Virus record (IMG/VR): IMGVR_UViG_3300047375_000738
Source: a virus
Taxonomy: Duplodnaviria > Caudoviricetes
Direction: 5' to 3' (one strand)
DNA length: 64,000 bases
Shown here: positions 27,815-36,504 of the stretch, one piece after another
Layout: each line of letters starts with the position of its first letter
Position numbering within the stretch: the stretch's first letter is position 1
The notes under the pieces: generated by a model
The model's database searches: none
Seen by the model: only the letters and a program-made list of their open reading frames with translations
What the model was told of the DNA's origin: nothing
Made by a program: the position numbers and the translations under genes

Positions 27815-28342
27815 CTAAAAATGCATTTCGTCTTGTTTTATTTTTGGAGTACCAGTAAGCTGTATAGCATATCTATTCTGCATACTAAAATTATATACAG
27901 CATGTGGATCTCCGTTGTCCCAACTGATCCAATCTCCTGCTTTCCATTCTCCAAGTGTAACATCACATGCTTGCGATACTTGTCCAGGTACACTATCTTC
28001 TAGCATAATAACATGTCTAGTAATAGTTTGGTCTGTTAATCCGTGAAAGGTTTTATACTTGCCATACAGGTCTCCGTGTACAGGCAAGTATTGCCCAGGC
28101 GTGAACAAGTTTATTGCTACACTTACATTTTCTAAATCAAACTGCGGTACAATATAATCAAACACAACATTAGGAAAAGGATTGGGTTGAAAGTAATTCC
28201 ACAGTGTCATATACATTTTACTGTGTCCGGTACTAGCAAATTTGTTTAGTAACGCATCGTCTTTATGCGTATCAAATTTGTAGTCTAATGCCTTAAACTC
28301 TTCGATGTCCCACGAAGGATTTATGTGTCCGCTGTTAAACAT
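27815..28342 (-). CDS. 2OG-Fe(II) dioxygenase/cupin-like protein
   Basis: YLPVHGD (HxD) and distal HAVYN...RYAIQLTG. Confidence 0.65.
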   Translation of the reverse strand: MFNSGHINPSWDIEEFKALDYKFDTHKDDALLNKFASTGHSKMYMTLWNYFQPNPFPNVVFDYIVPQFDLENVSVAINLFTPGQYLPVHGDLYGKYKTFHGLTDQTITRHVIMLEDSVPGQVSQACDVTLGEWKAGDWISWDNGDPHAVYNFSMQNRYAIQLTGTPKIKQDEMHF

Positions 28343-28592
28343 TTTGATGCAACTTTATATTCAATACAAAATTTTCAACCAGTAGTTTTACAATAGTACT
28401 CATCATAATTGGTTCTTTGAAATTTTCTTCAACACCACCGAATTGCTCAATTACACTACTAGCCATAAGCTCGTATGCCGTTTGTTCATCAATGTTCATA
28501 GCTTGCCAATCAATAGGATCTGTGATCTCTACTTCTCGTGCTAAGTCAGCCAATTGTTTTACTGCTTCAGTCATTGTAATTTTTTCTGTCAT
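28335..28592 (-). CDS. Hypothetical protein
   Basis: ORF track. Confidence 0.6.
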   Translation of the reverse strand: MTEKITMTEAVKQLADLAREVEITDPIDWQAMNIDEQTAYELMASSVIEQFGGVEENFKEPIMMSTIVKLLVENFVLNIKLHQNV

Positions 28593-28596
28593 ATTA

Positions 28597-28851
28597 TTAC
28601 TTACCTATTGGTTCTTGGTTTATAAATTTTTCTGGCATTGCTTGAACAAAACAATTAAGATCTATACGATGTTCGAATAAAAATGTATGTTCATAAACAT
28701 CAGTGTATTCAACTATATCCCATTGATGTTTCATCAACTGTACTTTGCACCAGTCTTTACCTTGTCTCTGGAGATCGCTGTGTAACCGCACTCTATAGTG
28801 ATGATGCTTTTGCCATCGTTTTTTGTATTCAAAAATTTCTATAGGTGTCAA
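28597..28851 (-). CDS. Hypothetical protein
   Basis: ORF track. Confidence 0.6.
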   Translation of the reverse strand: MTPIEIFEYKKRWQKHHHYRVRLHSDLQRQGKDWCKVQLMKHQWDIVEYTDVYEHTFLFEHRIDLNCFVQAMPEKFINQEPIGK

Positions 28852-29069
28852 TGTATAGTTCCATAGCTAGTTTCATCATTTGCATCAACGTCCCAGAAGT
28901 GTTTGATAACATCTGTAATTGCGTTTGGCACTTCGTCTTCTTCAGAACCCGAAGGTATCCATATGCCCTTTAATCTACCGTCTTTGCTCATAATAAGAGC
29001 ATAGTCGTCCTCTTCTAAAGTGTCTTCAAGTCCTAAAAAATCGTGATTGTGTTCATTGTCCATGCTCAT
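28848..29069 (-). CDS. Hypothetical acidic protein
   Basis: ORF track. Confidence 0.6.
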   Translation of the reverse strand: MSMDNEHNHDFLGLEDTLEEDDYALIMSKDGRLKGIWIPSGSEEDEVPNAITDVIKHFWDVDANDETSYGTIH

Positions 29070-29238
29070 TCCATTTCATAATTTCTGTCTCGCCATCTGA
29101 TCTTTTGCGATAGCGTAGAAACCCATTGTCCATTAGCGATTGAATAGTAGCGTCGATAACAACTTCTTGTTTATCTTTGCCTAGTATATATCCTGCAAAT
29201 GATCCAATAAGATACGTTCCGATAATCCAATATATCAT
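29053..29238 (-). CDS. Small membrane-anchored hypothetical protein
   Basis: ORF track; hydrophobic N-terminus. Confidence 0.6.
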   Translation of the reverse strand: MIYWIIGTYLIGSFAGYILGKDKQEVVIDATIQSLMDNGFLRYRKRSDGETEIMKWNEHGQ

Positions 29239-29245
29239 AATGTAT

Positions 29246-29938
29246 TTACTTTCTTAGCTTTACATAGTTTAAACGAGTCATGGGCAAATTAGTATTACGC
29301 TCGAGGTCATATCCTTTTACTTTGGCTGCAATTTCAAAAGTTTTACCAACAGTATACATTTCATTTTTAGTAAAGCAAACAAGATCTTTACCAATAGCGC
29401 CAAAATGCAAATAAGCAGTGCCGCCATTAAAACTATCTGCAAGTGGAATAAGTTTAAGAATTTCTACTTCACCTGTAACACGTTCACCAACTGTACTAAT
29501 ATTCTTACTATCAGCAAATTCAGCTTTGTAACGTAGTTTTAATTCTTTTTCAGCTAGTTCACGATCAATAAATGCAGGCAAATAAGCAATAAGTCCTACA
29601 CGACTAATGTTTGTTTGTTCAGCACTATATGCTGAAAACAGATCTGATTCAAACTGTGGCAAGTCACCTAGTGCCAGCATACTGTATCGACGCATATGCT
29701 TTTCACCTTGCTTGGCAGCTTCACGATCTTCGTCGGTGATTACAATTGGCGTAAAGTCTTCAGGTTTCCAATCAGAATTTGCTGTAAATGTAATAAGCTC
29801 TTTATTACTCCATGTGGTTGGCTTCTCTTCACTGTAACGGCGTGTGTTCTTTTCATATCCGTTGTTTGTGCGGTAAGCTGCATATGCTAATGCAATAATA
29901 TCCTCAGTAGGATGCATGTTAGTGTTCTGTACTTCCAT
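29246..29938 (-). CDS. Hypothetical early protein
   Basis: ORF track; promoter at 29971-29999. Confidence 0.65.
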   Translation of the reverse strand: MEVQNTNMHPTEDIIALAYAAYRTNNGYEKNTRRYSEEKPTTWSNKELITFTANSDWKPEDFTPIVITDEDREAAKQGEKHMRRYSMLALGDLPQFESDLFSAYSAEQTNISRVGLIAYLPAFIDRELAEKELKLRYKAEFADSKNISTVGERVTGEVEILKLIPLADSFNGGTAYLHFGAIGKDLVCFTKNEMYTVGKTFEIAAKVKGYDLERNTNLPMTRLNYVKLRK

Positions 29939-29970
29939 GGTGCGCCTCGTTTTGTTTGTGCCTATACACT

Positions 29971-29999
29971 AATATAGCATACAGACACACTGTTGTCAA
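29971..29999 (-). promoter_or_regulatory. Sigma70 early promoter
   Basis: TTGACA-N17-TATATT with TGC before the -10. Confidence 0.75.
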
Positions 30000-30553
30000 G
30001 CTGATTCATACACAACTTTGTTCTCTTTAGTTTCAAACAAATAATTCCAAACACTAGGCACCATTGTTTGCTTATTACGATCGTTTGGATCTTGGGTATT
30101 TCCTACAGGAATTATGCCAAACTTTGCCTTACAATCTCGAAACAATTTCTTTTCACATTCAATTGTAGCACTGTTAAAAGAATCTACTATGATATTACTA
30201 GTATCCCACAATTCTAAAATAACATTATCTTTGTGTACTTGTATATCAGTAAACTTATCTTCAAAAAGTTTGACAACCACTTGCATATCAGAACCAAAGT
30301 CGCCTGTTAGGGCATTGTGACCAAAGCCATATAAGTTGCCACATTTGCGATACACCCTGTCGCCTATATGCGCTCCTTCGCTCATTCCAATATTCATAAT
30401 GTATTTTACATTCTTATCCTTCACATGGAATGCATAGCAATATTTGCCTAGGTTATTTGCTTTCATTATACGTAGTACCTCCGCAGGCGTCGATACTTCA
30501 TCTAAGAATACCCTATAGTGCGGTTTGTTAAGACTTATCATTTGTTTCTCCAA
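29996..30553 (-). CDS. Possible divergent GIY-YIG-like nuclease
   Basis: YCYAF...NIGMS...DRVYRK and a later conserved-type Glu (CEKKL). Confidence 0.35.
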   Translation of the reverse strand: MEKQMISLNKPHYRVFLDEVSTPAEVLRIMKANNLGKYCYAFHVKDKNVKYIMNIGMSEGAHIGDRVYRKCGNLYGFGHNALTGDFGSDMQVVVKLFEDKFTDIQVHKDNVILELWDTSNIIVDSFNSATIECEKKLFRDCKAKFGIIPVGNTQDPNDRNKQTMVPSVWNYLFETKENKVVYESA

Positions 30554-30854
30554 TTAATCCATCGTAGGTGTTTTCTATTTCCCACTCAAGCCACTGTATG
30601 ACTTGTTCAGTAGATACAGTCTCCCGTATCCACTCATATTTTCCTGTAGTTGTTTGGAACAAGTGATCCCAAAACTCGCCTTTGATACGATCTTCCAAGT
30701 CTTCGATATGGTTGCTAGGACCTGCATAAAGTTTTAACCAATTAACTTCAAAGCCGTTGTGTCCTTCGTACTTGCGTTTACGAGTGTCGGGGTTGCTTGT
30801 GATGCCATAGCATGTACGGCCTAAGTGATTAGTCCATATGTACAGGTAACGCAT
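30528..30854 (-). CDS. GIY-YIG-like nuclease domain protein
   Basis: MRYLYIW...CYGITSNPDTRKRKY...IEDLE; start reassigned to 30854. Confidence 0.5.
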   Translation of the reverse strand: MRYLYIWTNHLGRTCYGITSNPDTRKRKYEGHNGFEVNWLKLYAGPSNHIEDLEDRIKGEFWDHLFQTTTGKYEWIRETVSTEQVIQWLEWEIENTYDGLIGETNDKS

Positions 30855-30855
30855 C

Positions 30856-32025
30856 TTAAATACCGTTGTATTTGTTGATGTGCTGGTCTGGCAAGATTGG
30901 AAAGTCCAAGTTGTTTGCATCACAGTAAGCATAGAAGTCTAAGATCAAAATGCTCAACAAACAGTTGTCGCTCCAGCCGCCTGGCAAGTCATGCGAACGA
31001 TTAAACTTCTCCAAACGATTCTTTGCTTGCTTATGAAACTTGCTTGGCGATGCGTATGTAGTCTTGAAGAACTGCATCAGTGCATCCTGCCACTCACGTG
31101 TAACAGTTGTTTTGTTTTTACGTGCAAGTTTAGCATAGCGTCCTAGAGCTAGGATAAAGCCGCCGTCAACACCTTTTTCATTTGCAAAGTATTGATTGTG
31201 CAAGTTCAATGCAAAGTCTAAGTCGTTAATTGCAACATCAAAGTTATCGCTTTCCATTTCAGCAATTTTATTAAGTCCTGAAATGTATGTTACCATGCCA
31301 GGCTTAGCGCCTTGGCCACGTGCTTCAACTGCTGGGCGTGTATACATGTTTGCGCCTTCTACTACGCTCTGAATACGCTCGGCATGTAAATCTTCTGTAA
31401 GTGTACTACCATAGTTACGTACACCACTTACACGACTCTTGTGCATGTAATAAGGCTCAACTGCTTTACGTCCTTTGTAATTGATCAAACGGAACAAGAA
31501 GTTACCAAATGCTTCGCCTTTAGTATTGTTGCCTGGTACTACTGCAAGTGCATCTACAACTTTACATGCAACTGTAAAGTCTTTTTCAATCATACCAGCT
31601 TTCCACAACAAGTACAATGCGACTGCTGTATGTTGACCCTCTGGAATACTATACCGTCCATTGGGCAATTTAATACTGTTTACAACCTGTACTGCTCGCG
31701 GATCAAACGATTCAATAATATGTGCTACGTGATCCCAATCGACATCACGTTGATTGTCTACGTTAATATCCAACAGTTCAAATGCTACAAACTCAACACC
31801 ACCAAAGTCTTTGGTTGTATAGGTACCATTACAACGAGCTCGCAAGCTGTTGATTGCATCTGTAATAAGTTTTTGTGTTGGGGGTGTTTTAGTTGGGCTA
31901 GTACGTGTTTCAAGATCTTCGTATAAATCTTTATCCTGATTACGTTCCATCAAGTTTTGAATTTTAGCAACACTAAAAGGGTTACGCTTAGGCAGGTTTG
32001 CCCGTGTTTCAAGTTTAACTGTCAT
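30856..32025 (-). CDS. ParB/Srx-like (DGQHR-type, DUF6551-like) protein
   Basis: INVDNQRDVD...IIESFDP...YSIPEGQHT. Confidence 0.55.
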   Translation of the reverse strand: MTVKLETRANLPKRNPFSVAKIQNLMERNQDKDLYEDLETRTSPTKTPPTQKLITDAINSLRARCNGTYTTKDFGGVEFVAFELLDINVDNQRDVDWDHVAHIIESFDPRAVQVVNSIKLPNGRYSIPEGQHTAVALYLLWKAGMIEKDFTVACKVVDALAVVPGNNTKGEAFGNFLFRLINYKGRKAVEPYYMHKSRVSGVRNYGSTLTEDLHAERIQSVVEGANMYTRPAVEARGQGAKPGMVTYISGLNKIAEMESDNFDVAINDLDFALNLHNQYFANEKGVDGGFILALGRYAKLARKNKTTVTREWQDALMQFFKTTYASPSKFHKQAKNRLEKFNRSHDLPGGWSDNCLLSILILDFYAYCDANNLDFPILPDQHINKYNGI

Positions 32026-32087
32026 TTTGTCTCTCCATTTTGATTCGGTTAAGAATTGCGTAGGGCTGTTATGCTTCCTACTATTAA

Positions 32088-32116
32088 GTTATAGCATAGT
32101 TAAATGCTGTTGTCAA
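32088..32116 (-). promoter_or_regulatory. Sigma70 promoter with palindrome AGCAT-N6-ATGCT
   Basis: TTGACA-N17-TATAAC; palindrome 32093-32108. Confidence 0.7.
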
Positions 32117-32124
32117 CCAGATAT

Positions 32125-32523
32125 TTATCTTTGTGTCCATGCTAAGTGAGATAATTCATTTTTTTCTGCCCAGCGAATAAACAAACCAGGCTCACGTCCA
32201 GTTGCTTCGATCTCACTAGGCTTATCCCAGTAGTCCATACCTTCTTCATTGGTCTGTGTTAGTGTACCTTCTTCGTACTGCTTCACATGGACTAGTTCGT
32301 GTGCAAGTGTACACAACAATTCTCTTAGTTTTAGACTGCGTTTAAGATCAATTTCGTACTCACCTGCTTCAAGTTCAGTACAATACCCAAAGTTAGGATC
32401 GTTTGACATATTCCTAAAGTTAATTTCAACAGTAGGATTTATGCCAAACTTCTCACAAACAAAATGGGCCATGCTGAAAGCATAGTATTGCTGTCTTGCG
32501 CTGCCGCCGTTTACAGTAATCAT
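32125..32523 (-). CDS. Zincin-like metallopeptidase (HExxH)
   Basis: LAHELVHVKQY...E.EA. Confidence 0.75.
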   Translation of the reverse strand: MITVNGGSARQQYYAFSMAHFVCEKFGINPTVEINFRNMSNDPNFGYCTELEAGEYEIDLKRSLKLRELLCTLAHELVHVKQYEEGTLTQTNEEGMDYWDKPSEIEATGREPGLFIRWAEKNELSHLAWTQR

Positions 32524-32774
32524 TGTGCCATCTCTATTAGTTTTAGTTTTAGCATTATAGCATTAACTGCATCAGGTGTCAATCCTGGAATAACATCGTC
32601 GTCATCGTGTATTCCTGGCAACTGTACAAACATATCTTGATCAAAAACTGCTGCTTCGTACAAGGTCTTGCCTGGTAGTAAAACAACACTCAGCTGGTAG
32701 TTGCCAAACTGTTGTTTCGCTTGGAAATGTCCAGTTCTTACTTCATCAAAAGTTAATGTGTTAAACAGTTTCAT
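32520..32774 (-). CDS. Hypothetical protein (start reassigned to MKLFNTL)
   Basis: SD GGAGG before ATG 32774; promoter 32800-32828 (TTGACA-N17-TATAAC). Confidence 0.65.
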   Translation of the reverse strand: MKLFNTLTFDEVRTGHFQAKQQFGNYQLSVVLLPGKTLYEAAVFDQDMFVQLPGIHDDDDVIPGLTPDAVNAIMLKLKLIEMAQ

Positions 32775-32829
32775 CTTACCCTCCTTGTTTGTTACATACG
32801 TTATAGCATAAAGATAGAGGGTTGTCAAC

Positions 32830-33045
32830 CTATAATCGTCGGGTAATACGCCCTTTTTCAAGATCATAAGGAGTCATTTCAACTCTTACATTATCTCCTG
32901 CTACCATTCTAATTCGAAATTGTCGCATTTTGCCGCTTGTGTAGCAGATTACCATGTGTTTGTTTTCAAGTTCAACTTTAAACGTTTGGTTTGGCAAAAC
33001 TTCAATTATTGTGCCTTCAAATTCTAAGATACCTTCTTTAGCCAT
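32830..33045 (-). CDS. infA: Translation initiation factor IF-1
   Basis: [28 protein letters not shown]...[31 protein letters not shown]. Confidence 0.95.
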   Translation of the reverse strand: MAKEGILEFEGTIIEVLPNQTFKVELENKHMVICYTSGKMRQFRIRMVAGDNVRVEMTPYDLEKGRITRRL

Positions 33046-33217
33046 TCTCTACCTTAGTTATAGATATGACTCCGCGTTCTATGTTTATCTTCAACGTGTC
33101 TCCTGGTTGCCATCCCATCTGCTCAGATATTTCAGGTGGAATATTCATTAATACGTTTTCAGGATCATCTTCGATATCTTCAAAGATTTCCTCAACTTTA
33201 TACTCTCTATTTACCAA
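33038..33217 (-). CDS. AbrB/MazE/SpoVT-like DNA-binding protein (59 aa, TTG start)
   Basis: Hand-translated: ...[38 protein letters not shown]; SD GGAGG; missed by the ORF track. Confidence 0.7.
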   Translation of the reverse strand: MVNREYKVEEIFEDIEDDPENVLMNIPPEISEQMGWQPGDTLKINIERGVISITKVENG

Positions 33218-33401
33218 AGTTATTCCTCCAAAACTGCTTTGCTTTTCCCATAAGATTCTTGGGCTCTACAGACACACCTCTGATAGCTGTGCTGTCGTTG
33301 TGCGTTGTATTTACAATTTCAACAGCATTGGCACTGCTATTTGCTTCAACAACATATGTTTTAGTATCTGTTTTAACTTTCCATTTCATTAGTTTTTCCA
33401 A
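33207..33401 (-). CDS. Hypothetical protein
   Basis: ORF track. Confidence 0.55.
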   Translation of the reverse strand: MEKLMKWKVKTDTKTYVVEANSSANAVEIVNTTHNDSTAIRGVSVEPKNLMGKAKQFWRNNFGK

Positions 33402-34069
33402 AAATAAACACTAGTGCCTTTGCCGTTGGTATCCCCGCCATTGTTGTCAATGTCTAGGCCATCGTACTCGATGCTTTCAACTGTATCGTCGCCGTTCCAA
33501 TATTCGGTAGTATAAAATTTTAGTTTCTTAGGATCAAAACTGCCTACAGTTTCAATTATACCGTCAAAGAATGTACCTTTTTCACTGTTATAAACTTGCA
33601 TAACGTATGCTGGTTCGTCTGTTTCATCGTAACCCATTTCGACATCAAGTTCATTATCATCAACTAGTTCAGTTAAATCAACACCGTCAACTACTGTGTT
33701 AACAATACTTGATCCATATTCTCCATTTGCGAGCTCTTCAACTGTAATTCGAGCATGACTGTAGTCTACACCATTTTGATGTACTACTAGATTTTCTGCA
33801 TCATACCACATATGGTGATAGCTAGGATCTTCTTTGTCTGCTAAAAAATCCATCTTAGGATCAATTTCAATCTCGGTGTCTTCAGGATCAAGAATGTAGT
33901 TTACAACTTCGCCGTTGTCGTCTTCTGCCAAACTTTCCCAGTAGTCGTATTGATCTTTATTAAGTGAAAGATATCCAACTTCGCCACCGTATCCCCATAA
34001 TGATACTTGGTAATAACGTGGACCTTTTAATGTTTCTACTAATTCTTTGTTTTCTTCTGATGTTGACAT
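33389..34069 (-). CDS. Hypothetical acidic protein (start reassigned to MSTSEEN)
   Basis: SD AGGAG; promoter 34088-34116 (TTGACA-N17-TATAAT). Confidence 0.7.
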   Translation of the reverse strand: MSTSEENKELVETLKGPRYYQVSLWGYGGEVGYLSLNKDQYDYWESLAEDDNGEVVNYILDPEDTEIEIDPKMDFLADKEDPSYHHMWYDAENLVVHQNGVDYSHARITVEELANGEYGSSIVNTVVDGVDLTELVDDNELDVEMGYDETDEPAYVMQVYNSEKGTFFDGIIETVGSFDPKKLKFYTTEYWNGDDTVESIEYDGLDIDNNGGDTNGKGTSVYFWKN

Positions 34070-34153
34070 TTTTTTCTCCTTTAGCTTATTATATAGCACT
34101 ATTATTCGTTTGTCAAGCATAAATAGATGTATAAGCAAAGCGTGAGGGCGCAC

Positions 34154-34432
34154 ATGGATTTTTTAAGTTTAGTAGGCGATGTAGGATTTCCAATAGCAGG
34201 ATCGATAGCAGCCGGCGGGTTTGTATTCCTAACATTGAAGTTTATACTTGCAGGAGTTACTGGCGGTGTAACTACACTAAAGAACATTATTGGACAATTG
34301 GATAATAGAGTACAGACAATGAATAACGATCTTGTTAAGATTGATGCATTACTTAGTTACGCACTAAACGTAAGACCAAACATAGATCGTATAGCAGCAA
34401 ACGAAGGAAAAGAAGATGCCCGAAGGGACTGA
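34154..34432 (+). CDS. YvrJ/holin-like membrane protein
   Basis: LVGDVGFPIAGSIAAG; TM plus coiled coil; ATAAATA motif at 34119. Confidence 0.55.
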   Translation: MDFLSLVGDVGFPIAGSIAAGGFVFLTLKFILAGVTGGVTTLKNIIGQLDNRVQTMNNDLVKIDALLSYALNVRPNIDRIAANEGKEDARRD

Positions 34433-34610
34433 TGACAAAGGCAAGTTAGAACTTGCAGTAAGAATTTTAGGTAACGAACTAGTTGCTTTTAGAATGGACG
34501 TAGACGATTTCAAAATGAAATGGCTAGTTATGGGCGTAGTTGCTATAGTAGCACTAGGATGGACTGCCGGAGAGTTTGGTCCAGCACTCATAAACATGTT
34601 TGGAGAATAA
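34416..34610 (+). CDS. Small membrane protein
   Basis: ORF track; one TM segment. Confidence 0.55.
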   Translation: MPEGTDDKGKLELAVRILGNELVAFRMDVDDFKMKWLVMGVVAIVALGWTAGEFGPALINMFGE

Positions 34611-34943
34611 ATGGAGTTTGATCTAGCCAAAGCAGTTAGTGACTATGGGTTTCCTATTATTGCTGCTATGGGTATGGGTTACTTTATCTATTTTATATGG
34701 AAATGGGTTACTGAAACAATTGATCCTGTTATAGGCGAAACAATGGGTACACTTATTAAACTAGTAGACCGTATTCGTATGCTAGACAACGATTTAATTA
34801 GACTCAATAGTAAACTCAGTATGGTACTTGAATATAGAGCCAAACTTAATCCCGCACGACAAGATGAATTACAAAGGTTAGTTGATGAATACAAACATTC
34901 TGCAGCAGAATCAGACACGACAGGCAAAGCGCCCAAAAAGTAA
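34611..34943 (+). CDS. YvrJ/holin-like membrane protein, paralog of 34154..34432
   Basis: AVSDYGFPIIAAMG...RIRMLDNDLIRL versus GDVGFPI...RVQTMNNDLVKI. Confidence 0.55.
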   Translation: MEFDLAKAVSDYGFPIIAAMGMGYFIYFIWKWVTETIDPVIGETMGTLIKLVDRIRMLDNDLIRLNSKLSMVLEYRAKLNPARQDELQRLVDEYKHSAAESDTTGKAPKK

Positions 34944-35051
34944 GTGTGAGAACTGTCATTGTGAATCACACTGTGACATAGAGTGTGCTTCGTGTGCCAA
35001 CGATGTTTGCCAGAATTGTAAATGCGAACTTTGTAAACAATAAATACCAGT

Positions 35052-35309
35052 ATGAAAGTACACCTCGGAAGCTGTGAATATAAATGGACTCACGCAAACA
35101 CCAGCATGGAACAAATGTGGATCATGCGTAAAGTGGGTACTGAAACATATAAACAAGTTGAAGAAAACAACTGGAAATGGATACTAGAACACACTTCTAG
35201 TCGTACACTTCCTTCAGATATATATTGTTGTTGCAATATCTCAGTTGAAATGCCAGATACAAAAGAAGCAACACATTTTATAATAAAACATTCGGAGAAA
35301 GTAACATGA
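35052..35309 (+). CDS. Hypothetical protein
   Basis: ORF track; AATAAATA upstream. Confidence 0.6.
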   Translation: MKVHLGSCEYKWTHANTSMEQMWIMRKVGTETYKQVEENNWKWILEHTSSRTLPSDIYCCCNISVEMPDTKEATHFIIKHSEKVT

Positions 35310-35533
35310 TGTGGGTAGATTATACAATTGATAGCATTCCTGGCGGCAAAGGCTTTAAGGTCAAAGGCGACTGGGAAGGTGAAGTAATGGGAATTGACAA
35401 CAAAGGTAATAAAAAAGAAAACTGGTTATATCGACCCGGTGACGTTTTTATTGTAAATGAAAATGGGTGGCTTATCAAAACAGATGAAGTGAATGCATTA
35501 TTAATGAAGCACGAAACATCTAAAAATGATTGA
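35306..35533 (+). CDS. Hypothetical protein
   Basis: ORF track. Confidence 0.6.
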   Translation: MMWVDYTIDSIPGGKGFKVKGDWEGEVMGIDNKGNKKENWLYRPGDVFIVNENGWLIKTDEVNALLMKHETSKND

Positions 35534-35897
35534 GATACTTTTCCTATTTGTACTATCTATTAAACACGCTTTTGCTGATATGTTTACACAAACATATATC
35601 AAACAACCTTTTACTAAACTTAAATATTTTGACAATGGACACAGACATTATCTACATCACGGATTGAGTAACTTTGCTGTGTGTTTATTTTTTGTATCGC
35701 CAACATGGGCTATAATTTACAGTGTATTTGATTACATTGCACATTGGCATATTGATTGGGGTAAAACAGTATTCTATACAAAATTTAATTGGCAGCGAAC
35801 AGAAAAGAGATTCTGGAGACTGCAATCATTAGACCAAATGCTGCATTACGCTACTGCATTTTTAATTGTGTGGCATGCTCATACTTACGTTTTATAA
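35526..35897 (+). CDS. DUF3307-like membrane protein
   Basis: KHAFADMFTQ, HHG, HWHIDWGK, LDQMLH. Confidence 0.7.
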   Translation: MIEILFLFVLSIKHAFADMFTQTYIKQPFTKLKYFDNGHRHYLHHGLSNFAVCLFFVSPTWAIIYSVFDYIAHWHIDWGKTVFYTKFNWQRTEKRFWRLQSLDQMLHYATAFLIVWHAHTYVL

Positions 35898-36501
35898 TTT
35901 CAGCAACACTATCTGAACACATAGTTTCATAATGTGTATGTGCTACTTCAATGTGTTCCATATCTTCTCTATGCGTCATACTTGCTAGAGTACACACACC
36001 GTCATTAGGACCGTTGTGATAAGGTACACTACCTGTTGTAGTTACAATCTGTGTCCAAGGCATTTCTAGTTGCATTTCATTTGCTTCACGTATTGGATCG
36101 CTTTTACGTCCTATATCTCTAAACAGTGGATAACTTGGTACAATGTATTTTGCCCAGTCTGCTGTACTACTGCCTCTAAATGGCGTGCTTATACTTACAC
36201 CGCCTACTACTCTCACCCACTGTGTAAGATGTAGTGCGTACAATCCGCCCATGCTATGTCCTATTACAAAATGCGGACCCTTGCCCTTCACTGCATCAAC
36301 AATCATTTCAATGTTATCTTGAAAGCGATTCATGCTGCTATAGTTTATAGATATTTCATTGGTAAAGTTTGTTTGCATTTGCAAATACCTAAAGCTCAAA
36401 CTAGTTTGATTAGCACCGTGTAGCCAAATTACATTTATGTCATCTGTGGTGTGTTTTTCCGTGGCTGTAGAACCAAATAAGTTTCGTATATAATTGAGCA
36501 T
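35851..36501 (-). CDS. Alpha/beta hydrolase
   Basis: WLHGA, IGHSMGG (nucleophile elbow), NDGV, distal His. Confidence 0.85.
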   Translation of the reverse strand: MLNYIRNLFGSTATEKHTTDDINVIWLHGANQTSLSFRYLQMQTNFTNEISINYSSMNRFQDNIEMIVDAVKGKGPHFVIGHSMGGLYALHLTQWVRVVGGVSISTPFRGSSTADWAKYIVPSYPLFRDIGRKSDPIREANEMQLEMPWTQIVTTTGSVPYHNGPNDGVCTLASMTHREDMEHIEVAHTHYETMCSDSVAEIIKRKYEHATQLKMQ

Positions 36502-36504
36502 ATA

